From: Acidilobaceae archaeon | Lineage (GTDB): Archaea; Thermoproteota; Thermoprotei_A; Sulfolobales; Acidilobaceae | Length of the DNA: 64,000 nucleotides | Assembly: GCA_038897215.1 (NCBI GenBank) | Contig: JAWAWX010000001.1 | Location: 160,001-224,000 of the forward strand | Reading direction: 5' to 3' | In this document: positions 18,750 through 26,077 of the stretch, one piece after another | How the letters are laid out: every line of letters begins with the position of its first letter | How positions within the stretch are numbered: the first letter of the stretch is position 1 | Notes under the pieces: model-generated | Database searches by the model: none | What the model saw: the letters and a program-made list of their open reading frames with translations, nothing else | Told to the model about the DNA's origin: nothing | Position numbers and translations under genes: made by a program

Positions 18750-20201
18750 TCAGACCTCGATACCGTACTCTCTCCACCTAGAGTCCACGAGCTTCACCGT
18801 CTCCGGGTCGGGTCGAGCTTCCTCAGGCCACTCTCTACCGTAGTTCTCCTCCGGCAGCTTCCTCGTGGCGTCTATCCCTAGCTTCGAGCCGTATCCCGGG
18901 TATGGGGCAGCATGGTCTAGGATGTCGGTTACAGTGTTCGGGATCACTAGAACGTCTCTCTGCGGGTCTACGCAAGTGGCTAGAGCGTAGGCTACCTGAC
19001 CCCAGTCGTTCACGTTCACGTCGTGGTCCACTACTATCAGGATCTTCACTAGAGAGAACTGGCCGAGACCCCAGAGGCCCATCATGACCTTCTTGGCGTG
19101 ACCCGGGTAGCGCTTCTTTATGCTCACTATCGCTACTCCCCCCGTGGCGAGACCCTCGGGGGGCAGGTTTACGTCAACTATCTCGGGCATTATAGTCTTC
19201 ACGACTGGGAGAAATATGCGCTCAGCCGCTTTACCTATCCACGCGTCTTCGAGAACAGGCTTCCCCACTACTGTGAAGTAGTATATCGGGTCGTCTCTGT
19301 AGTAGACTCTATCAAGCTTGAAAAGCGGATACTTGCCCACAGGACTATAGTACCCCGTGTGGTCCCCAAAGGGGCCCTCGTCGACCAAGACGTCTGTGTA
19401 GACTTCTCCCAGATAGACTACCTCAGCGTTAGCGGGCACGGGGACCCCGTCTAGGTCTACGTACTCTAGCGGCGCTCCTCTAACGAGAGAAGCGAAGAAC
19501 AGCTTATCCATAGGGTATGGGACCGGCAGCGAGCCAGTGAGCATAGTGCCGGGGTCTGAGCCCACGGCTATAGCCACCTTTATCCTCCTCTCCCCCCTCT
19601 CTCTAGCCTTGCTCCAAGCCAGAGCCCCCCTCTTGTGGACCTGCCAGTGGATAGCTGCTCTCTCCCCGTCTATCACCTGGACTCTGTAGACGCCCATGTT
19701 GGCTACTCCGGTATCCGGGTCTCTCGTCATGACCAGACCGTACGTTATGTACCTCCCCGCGTCCTTAGGCCAGGTCTTAGGTATCGGGGTCTTATCGAAC
19801 CCCCTCTCTTCTATCACGTTGTCCTCGAAGAGCCCTCGAGAGACCTTCTTGGGGAAGAGGGAGCCTATCTTGAGAGCGTCTCTCAAAGCCCCCAGCTTCT
19901 CCAAGAGGCCCGAGGGCGGGGGCTTGAGAGCGGTCTCCACGAAGCTCTGGGTTATGCTCTCGAAGCTCTCTACTCCGAGAAGCCTCCTTATGGTCTCCGG
20001 GTCTCTGAAGAGATTCGTCGCCATCCTCCAGCCCGGGTAGCCTTTGACGTTCTCGAAGAGAAGAGTGGGGCCTCTAGCGTACATGACCCTCCTCGCGATC
20101 TCCGCTACCTCCAGGTGGGGGTCGACCTCAACCCTGACTCTCTTAAGCAAGCCCCAGGACTCGAGCTTCTCTAGAGCTTCTCTCAGGTCTCGGAGAGCCA
20201 C
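18750..20201 (-). CDS. UbiD-family prFMN decarboxylase (menaquinone MqnL-like)
   Basis: WPKDAGRYIT, NMGVYR, EGPFGDHTGYY, GKAAERIF and KLGIDATRK motifs. Confidence 0.92.
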   Translation of the reverse strand: MALRDLREALEKLESWGLLKRVRVEVDPHLEVAEIARRVMYARGPTLLFENVKGYPGWRMATNLFRDPETIRRLLGVESFESITQSFVETALKPPPSGLLEKLGALRDALKIGSLFPKKVSRGLFEDNVIEERGFDKTPIPKTWPKDAGRYITYGLVMTRDPDTGVANMGVYRVQVIDGERAAIHWQVHKRGALAWSKARERGERRIKVAIAVGSDPGTMLTGSLPVPYPMDKLFFASLVRGAPLEYVDLDGVPVPANAEVVYLGEVYTDVLVDEGPFGDHTGYYSPVGKYPLFKLDRVYYRDDPIYYFTVVGKPVLEDAWIGKAAERIFLPVVKTIMPEIVDVNLPPEGLATGGVAIVSIKKRYPGHAKKVMMGLWGLGQFSLVKILIVVDHDVNVNDWGQVAYALATCVDPQRDVLVIPNTVTDILDHAAPYPGYGSKLGIDATRKLPEENYGREWPEEARPDPETVKLVDSRWREYGIEV

Positions 20202-20307
20202 GAGGAGACACCCGGGCTTCCTCGAGCCCTCCTAGTCTTTTTGAATCTACCCCTGCCTCTCAGCGCTCGCTACATCTACGCGCAGAGCTAGTAGGAGAAG
20301 CATTGAC

Positions 20308-20385
20308 TGGTGCCGCGGCCGGGATTTGAACCCGGGTCACGGGCTCGAAAGGCCCGCATACTGGGCCTGGCTATACTACCGCGGC
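20308..20385 (-). tRNA. tRNA-Glu(TTC), CCA encoded
   Basis: GCCGCGGTAGTATAGCCAGGCCCAGTATGCGGGCCT-TTC-GAGCCCGTGACCCGGGTTCAAATCCCGGCCGCGGCACCA forms a cloverleaf. Confidence 0.97.
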
Positions 20386-20430
20386 TCTAGGTTATCGCTA
20401 AGCTTCGGGAGGCTTAATAGTATTGCATCG

Positions 20431-20537
20431 TGGAGCCGGGGCCGGGATTCGAACCCGGGAGTAAACGGGTCTCAGCGGCTGGGCAGTCTTCTGAGGCCAC
20501 TGCAGCCCGCCGCCTTAGACCGCTCGGCCACCCCGGC
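20431..20537 (-). tRNA. tRNA-Cys(GCA) with a 29-nt intron at 37/38 (20471-20499), CCA encoded
   Basis: GCCGGGGTGGCCGAGCGGTCTAAGGCGGCGGGCT-GCA-G[intron]ACCCGT...GGTTCGAATCCCGGCCCCGGCTCCA; bulge-helix-bulge at the junctions. Confidence 0.95.
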
Positions 20538-20572
20538 TCCTCTATCTTCTCTAGCTCTTAGACCTTATAGGC

Positions 20573-20851
20573 TTGCTTCACTCGAGGACTCGGGAGCGCT
20601 CCTTGGTGGTCGAGTGCCGAGACTACTACCTCTGCCCCCGCTGCCGCAGCGAGATGGAGGTGTACGTAGAGCGAGGCAGCGGGCCGGAGAAGAGGGAGGT
20701 AGCCAGGTATCTCAAGTGCCCGGCTTGCAGCTTCAGAATCCACATCGAGACTGTGGCCGTGAGGGAGTCCGAGGACAGCTTATCGGTCACCTTCATTAGG
20801 AGAAGGCAGGCGAGGCAGCCTCTTAAGACCCGGCTATGCTACACGGCTTGA
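20573..20851 (+). CDS. small Zn-ribbon protein (the start may be TTG 20603)
   Basis: CPRC...CPAC pair. Confidence 0.7.
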   Translation: MLHSRTRERSLVVECRDYYLCPRCRSEMEVYVERGSGPEKREVARYLKCPACSFRIHIETVAVRESEDSLSVTFIRRRQARQPLKTRLCYTA

Positions 20852-20861
20852 GTGGAGCGCG

Positions 20862-22073
20862 GTGAAAGTGAGGGTAGCGGTTCTCCACCACCGCTGGGGC
20901 TACGGGGGGGCTCAGGTAGTATTCTTCTACGCTGTCAGAGCTCTCGCCGAAGCCGGGTTCGACGTGACAGTGCTCACCGTCGAGAAGCCCGAGTTCAGAG
21001 TCTACGAGGACATCGTTGGAGAGCCCTTCCCTCCAGGCGTTAGAGTCGAGAGAGTGCTCCCCGTGGGCGTTCGAGCATTCACCATATACAAGGGGCTGCT
21101 CTCCGGAGCTCTAGCACCACTGCTAGCGCCCAGAGGCTCCTACGACGTCTTGCTCGCTACCCACGGCTACCCCGTCATGACGCGAGGGCTCGAGACTCCT
21201 CTCGTCTTCTACGTTCAGGCTCCAGCGAGCCTCGTCTTCGACGACCGGTACAATCCGGAGCTCAGCACAGCGTACTCTCTCAAGAGCCCTCTGAGAGAGG
21301 GGGTGGTGGGCTCTCTCTGGAGCGCCGTTCTCTGGCTCTACTCCAGGCCCTACGTCCTCCTGGGCGAGATGCTGGCTAGGAGCGTCCTCAGAGGCGCCCG
21401 CAGGATACTGGTGAACTCCGCCTTCACGCTGGAGGCTCTGAGGTACGCGGTCGAGAAGTACGGCTGCTGCGACGACGCTCTGAGCAGAGCGGAGATACTA
21501 CATCCCCCCCTGCCGAGAGCCGGGGAGCTGGTGGCGGCGAGGAGGCCCGAGCGAGAGCCCTGCGTGACAGCCATGGGGAGACTCAGCCCCGAGAAGAGGA
21601 TCGACCTAGTCGTGGAGACAGCCAGAGTCCTGGAAGACATGAGGTTCTACGTGCTGGGAGCGGTCTGGGGGAGAGCCTCCAGAGCGTACTACGAGAAGGT
21701 GAGGAGCGCTGCTCCGCGCAACGTCACGATAGAGGTCAACGCTCCCAGCGAGAGGAAGCGCGAGCTTCTCTCGAAGTGCTCCGTCTACCTGCACCCCGCG
21801 GCCGGCGAGGCATTCGGCATAGCCCCCCTCGAGGCCATGGCGGCGGGGGCCACTCTGGTAGTCCACAAGTCCAGCGGCACCTGGACAGACGTGTGCCTAG
21901 AGGGCTCCTACTGCTACGGCTTCGAGAGCCAGGACCCCCGGGATATAGCCCGGAGAGTAGAGGAGGCTCTAGCCAGACCCAAGGTCGCCCCCCTCGAGCA
22001 CATCGAGAGGTTCTCGCCGAAGAGGTTCGCCAGCGGCATCGTCAGAGCGGTCGAGAGCGCTCTCGAGAGCTAG
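20862..22073 (+). CDS. GT4-family glycosyltransferase (Alg11-like features)
   Basis: GGAQVV, NSAFT, HPP, GRLSPEKR and EAFGIAPLEAMAAG motifs. Confidence 0.92.
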   Translation: MKVRVAVLHHRWGYGGAQVVFFYAVRALAEAGFDVTVLTVEKPEFRVYEDIVGEPFPPGVRVERVLPVGVRAFTIYKGLLSGALAPLLAPRGSYDVLLATHGYPVMTRGLETPLVFYVQAPASLVFDDRYNPELSTAYSLKSPLREGVVGSLWSAVLWLYSRPYVLLGEMLARSVLRGARRILVNSAFTLEALRYAVEKYGCCDDALSRAEILHPPLPRAGELVAARRPEREPCVTAMGRLSPEKRIDLVVETARVLEDMRFYVLGAVWGRASRAYYEKVRSAAPRNVTIEVNAPSERKRELLSKCSVYLHPAAGEAFGIAPLEAMAAGATLVVHKSSGTWTDVCLEGSYCYGFESQDPRDIARRVEEALARPKVAPLEHIERFSPKRFASGIVRAVESALES

Positions 22074-22299
22074 AGCGAGGCGGACGGCATATCAGCGAGG
22101 CTTGGCTGATAGTCGTCTCAGTCGCTGGCTCTACTGTGTTCGCGCGACTTCTTCAAGGCCTCCCCGCCAGGATGAGCGCGTGCGTCATCGGCACCCCGAT
22201 CGCCTAGGATACTCTCTTCGGCTCTCTGTAGTCCTCTGCTCTCAAAGCTACTTGCGTGACCCCCCGCCCGGCCTCTCTCGAGCCCGCTGACCGGCTGAC

Positions 22300-22776
22300 T
22301 CAATACGAGCTCGTCGAAGTAGGCTTTCTCGGGCTCCTCCCCGGGCCGCTCCTCGGCAACTCCCGGAAGGCTATCGTGTAGGATACCATTAGCAGGGTTA
22401 CTGCCTCGTCTTCGTCTAGCTCCCCGATATCGGGGCACTTGATTTTGGCGCACTTGAGCTCGTCTATGTGGTGCTCTAGCAGATCTCCTATCTTCATCAC
22501 CAGCTTGGACCAGCCGGCTTGGCAGGAGCAGTCGCGCAGGATAGATATGGTCTCCGCGTCGACGAAGATCTGCACCTTGTTCTCGTAGAGGCGCCCCCCA
22601 GTGCTCTCGGCATACTCGAGGATCTTCTCGATCAGCGTCCCCGCCTCCTCGATCACCTTCTCTTTCAGCCTCTCGTCGACCCCGCTATCCGGGTATACCA
22701 GCTCGACAGCGACCCCCCTGACGACGTGAGTCTCGGAGGCGCGGTTCTCCGGCATCACCGACTCACCTCGAGCCAA
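22300..22776 (-). CDS. hypothetical protein (the start is probably ATG 22755)
   Basis: Coding-like acidic ORF with several Cys; AT-rich promoter-like sequence at 22778-22806. Confidence 0.6.
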   Translation of the reverse strand: MARGESVMPENRASETHVVRGVAVELVYPDSGVDERLKEKVIEEAGTLIEKILEYAESTGGRLYENKVQIFVDAETISILRDCSCQAGWSKLVMKIGDLLEHHIDELKCAKIKCPDIGELDEDEAVTLLMVSYTIAFRELPRSGPGRSPRKPTSTSSY

Positions 22777-22915
22777 GTAATACGTATCTTACAGTGTAAT
22801 AATATGCCTAGCCGTCTCTACAGCGTGCTAGCAGAGCTACGGGCTCGGCTTCGCGTACACGTATACACGGAGGGCTCATCCCGGGAGCTCTCTCCGAGAG
22901 CCTCTCTTGAGAGCT

Positions 22916-23641
22916 CTAGCCACGCTTCTCTCTGAATTTGGCGAACGTCTCCACGACGAGGCCTGCAGTGCTGGTCCCGATCCTGCTCGCTCCAGCGGAC
23001 AGAGCTAGCAGAGCGTCGAAGAAGGTCCTAATCCCCCCGGACGCTTTCACCAGCAGGCCTCGAGGCGACGCCAGCTCGTAGACTCTCCTAACCGTCAGAG
23101 GGTCTCCGCCCTTCGAGTAGACCCCCGTGCTCGTCTTGACGAATCTAGCGCGGCATCTGCGGGCAACGTCTACTAGAGCCTCGAGCTCGCTATCGGAGAG
23201 CAGCGGAGCCTCGACTATGACCTTAGACGAGGCTCCCCCCGCTAGAGCCGCGTCAACCAGCGTCGAGAGCTCGCTCTCGAGCTCGCTCAAGAGCCCGCTC
23301 TTGAGCAACGCGAAGTTCGGGACTATGTCGACCTCGGCCACTCCACGAGACGCGAGCTCCTCAACCTCAGCCAGCTTCGACTTGAGCGGAGCAAAGCCCC
23401 CGGGGAACCCGGCGACGCCGCAGAGCCTAACCCCCCTCTCCGCAGCGTACCCGCTGACGAGCCCCACGATAGAAGAGGGCACCACCACGCAGTAGAAGCC
23501 GTAGGCGGACGCCTCGTCCACGAGCCTGAAGTACGACTCCAAGCGGGCAACCGGGTCTAGCAGAGTAGACTCTATCATCGAAGACAGCTCCCTCAACTCG
23601 ACTCTCGAGAACTTCTCGAGCCTCTCAGCGATAGAAGACAC
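22916..23641 (-). CDS. deoC: 2-deoxyribose-5-phosphate aldolase
   Basis: GFPGG, EVDIV, KVIVE, FVKTSTG, VKASGGIR and RIGTS motifs. Confidence 0.95.
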   Translation of the reverse strand: MSSIAERLEKFSRVELRELSSMIESTLLDPVARLESYFRLVDEASAYGFYCVVVPSSIVGLVSGYAAERGVRLCGVAGFPGGFAPLKSKLAEVEELASRGVAEVDIVPNFALLKSGLLSELESELSTLVDAALAGGASSKVIVEAPLLSDSELEALVDVARRCRARFVKTSTGVYSKGGDPLTVRRVYELASPRGLLVKASGGIRTFFDALLALSAGASRIGTSTAGLVVETFAKFREKRG

Positions 23642-23836
23642 GAGGAGACCCCCCGAGAGCAGCGAGAGCCCGGGTCGGAGCTAATATCGGAAACGATAGC
23701 TGAAGAGGAGCACGCCAGACCAGCGGGACGCGCTCCACCCCGCCTACTCAGAGAAGACCGGCCAAGAGTCGGGCTCTCCGAAAAATATTAGGATTAGTAT
23801 TGCTATCTAGCTACCCTGAGTGCAGAGGGGGCTATA

Positions 23837-24523
23837 GTGGCCTCCCGAGGCTTCTTAGGTTCGAAATCCCTGATTCCGGTCTCGATAGCGCTAGTCCTGC
23901 TCCTCGCCATCCTGCTGCTACAGTTTGCGAAGTCACCAGAGCCTACGATGCAGAATGAGAACGAGCAGGAGCCTGCTACGGAGAATAGGGATGAGCAGAA
24001 GCCCACTATGCAGAACGAGAACGAGCAGAACGCGTACGGAGCCAGTGCCGGGGTCTACCTAGTCTTCGAGTTCTACAGTGGCCCCGCTGGAGTTAACGAG
24101 ACGCCAGAGCTAGACAGGAGGTCTGATGTCGTCACCTGCGTCTCTGTTGAGATCATTGCCCCTGCTGACATCGTACCTCTGGGCTCGGGCTGCTATAGAG
24201 GAGTCCCCGCTGTACACATACCCTACTCTGTAGTCAAGCGTTTCGTCGATCTCAGAGTACAGCTACTGAGAGAACGAGGAACCCCTGAGGAGCTCATAGA
24301 CAACACAGAGTTCGGGATGATCGTGAGAGTATTGGTAGTAAACGAGACAACCAGAGAGGTGATACGCAATATACTGGACTCTGTGCCTCTCAGAATAGGA
24401 GACTTCAAGGAGCCGAGAATAGTAGTCTACAACCTCAAAAACGTCATGGGATCGCGTTATGTCCACGTAGAGAAGCACCTAGACTCTTTGCCATCCGCCA
24501 GAATAGTGACTCTCGGGCAGTGA
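23837..24523 (+). CDS. membrane-anchored or secreted hypothetical protein, probably truncated
   Basis: N-terminal hydrophobic helix, then 10-aa repeats; the stop codon is created by a 14-bp tandem duplication. Confidence 0.7.
   Translation: MASRGFLGSKSLIPVSIALVLLLAILLLQFAKSPEPTMQNENEQEPATENRDEQKPTMQNENEQNAYGASAGVYLVFEFYSGPAGVNETPELDRRSDVVTCVSVEIIAPADIVPLGSGCYRGVPAVHIPYSVVKRFVDLRVQLLRERGTPEELIDNTEFGMIVRVLVVNETTREVIRNILDSVPLRIGDFKEPRIVVYNLKNVMGSRYVHVEKHLDSLPSARIVTLGQ
23939..24028 (+). repeat. three imperfect 30-bp tandem repeats
   Basis: Encode EPTMQNENEQ / EPATENRDEQ / KPTMQNENEQ. Confidence 0.9.
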
Positions 24524-24532
24524 CTCTCGGGC
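24505..24532 (+). repeat. perfect 14-bp tandem duplication AGTGACTCTCGGGC x2
   Basis: Read directly at 24505-24518 and 24519-24532. Confidence 0.95.
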
Positions 24533-24774
24533 TCGACGATAGAGACTCTGAGCGTAGACGCAGTGAGAGGTCCTGCCTCGCTACCCTGGAGCGGCTCTCG
24601 TGGCAGAAGCTAGGCTGGGAGCTCGGCTGGTCTTCCTCACGCTGAGCCAGCGACCATACTAGAGCGTGCGCGAGGGTTGCTGCGCGCGGAGCCGGGTAGG
24701 GCACGGATCGCGCGCGTAGACTCGCCGTCAAAAAGCTTCGGCCCAGTGGGAGTAGTTGGGGATGACTTCTCGAG

Positions 24775-26040
24775 ATGAGGACGCTCGAGATCGCGTGTGT
24801 GCAGCCCGATGTGGGGGGAGGCTGCCGGCGCGCCGTCATGAGCCTCAGGCATAGGTGTAGGCGTCTCGAGAGATGCCATCTCATCGTCGTAGGGGGCGTT
24901 GGGAGAGCTCGAGGCGAGGCCATGGCTCGCCTCCTCTCCGAGAGCAACGTGGAGCTGGCCGGCGTAGCCGCCGACCTCGTAGACATCCCGGTCCTGAGGC
25001 ACTACCTTTCTCTCGTCCTCCCTCTCGAAGTGCACTCAACGAGGGCCGGCGGAGGCCTCGGCAGCGTAGACGTGGTAGTGTGCCACCACGAGCAGCCGGG
25101 CTTTCTGAGACTAGCCGTCAGAATGGCTGAGGAGACCGGGTCGAGGAGCGTCGCTATCCTCCAGCTGCCCCCCTTCTACGGCGATGCGGCTAGAGCCAGG
25201 AGGATAGCTGAGAGCTACAGGCTCTTCTACGAGCTGGCTAGAAGATACGCCGGCGTCGAGGGCCTAGCGGCTAAAGTCTACTATGGCGGACTGCATCCTC
25301 TGAGAGAGCTGGCAGAGAGGAGGCTCCTCGAGAGCTACCTCAGCAGGCTCGACTTAGTCCTAGCAGTCTCTCCCTCCATACCTCTCGAGATGGGCGAGCC
25401 CTGGTCTGACAGAGTCGTGGCCATGAGGTACTGGGCCGGGGTAGACGAAGACCTCGTAGGCGCTCTGAGGAGATGGAGAGCTCTCCGCAGACCCAGCGGA
25501 GACCTGGTCTCCTTCGCCGCCAGAGTAGTCCCGTCTAAGGGCGTGGGAGACCTTCTGCTCGCGTGGAGGCTCGTCAGGAGATGGTCTCGCCGCAGAGCGA
25601 GGCTCCTCGTGCTGGGCAAGGCTACCCTGAGGCGGAGAAGGTTCATCGAGAAGGTCGCTAGAGGGCTTGGGATAGAGGACTCTGTGGTCGTGGCTGGCTA
25701 CGTCGGGGGAGACGAGTTCTGGAGGCTTAGAGCCTCCTCTACTCTCATGATCTACCCGAGTCACGAAGACTCGTACTCCTACAGCGTCTTCGAGTCTCTC
25801 ATGATGGGGGTGCCGGTCGTCGCGTACGACATACCAGCTCTCAGGCTGAGCTACGAGGGCAGCCAGGGCCTCCACCTGGTCCCGGAGGGCGACGTGGAGG
25901 CTCTGGCTCAGAGAGCAGTGGAGGTCTTAGAGAAGCCCGGCGTAGTCGAGGAGGAGCCGTTCTTCAAGACGTGGAGCGAGGTGGCGAGAGAGGAGGAGGC
26001 TGTGCTGAGAGCGGTGGCGGCGAGAGGTAAGCTAATATAG
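24775..26040 (+). CDS. GT4-family glycosyltransferase
   Basis: GGGCRR, AVS, GVD, FAARVVPSKG and YPSHEDSYSYSVFESLMMGVPVVAYD motifs. Confidence 0.9.
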   Translation: MRTLEIACVQPDVGGGCRRAVMSLRHRCRRLERCHLIVVGGVGRARGEAMARLLSESNVELAGVAADLVDIPVLRHYLSLVLPLEVHSTRAGGGLGSVDVVVCHHEQPGFLRLAVRMAEETGSRSVAILQLPPFYGDAARARRIAESYRLFYELARRYAGVEGLAAKVYYGGLHPLRELAERRLLESYLSRLDLVLAVSPSIPLEMGEPWSDRVVAMRYWAGVDEDLVGALRRWRALRRPSGDLVSFAARVVPSKGVGDLLLAWRLVRRWSRRRARLLVLGKATLRRRRFIEKVARGLGIEDSVVVAGYVGGDEFWRLRASSTLMIYPSHEDSYSYSVFESLMMGVPVVAYDIPALRLSYEGSQGLHLVPEGDVEALAQRAVEVLEKPGVVEEEPFFKTWSEVAREEEAVLRAVAARGKLI

Positions 26041-26077
26041 CTCGGCTCGCATCTACCGCTCCCCCAGGCTCGAGGTC

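Noticed and set aside
20326-20799. 157-aa ORF
   Set aside because: It lies antisense across two tRNA genes.
23939-24028. CRISPR-like 30-bp repeats
   Set aside because: They are contiguous, in-frame coding repeats without spacers, and there are no cas genes.
24444-25035. minus-strand ORFs of 180 and 132 aa
   Set aside because: S/R/P/A-rich shadow frames overlapping real genes.
20308-26040. tRNA-integrated virus or plasmid
   Set aside because: No integrase and no duplicated tRNA fragment were seen, and the accessory genes lie on the 5' side of the tRNAs.
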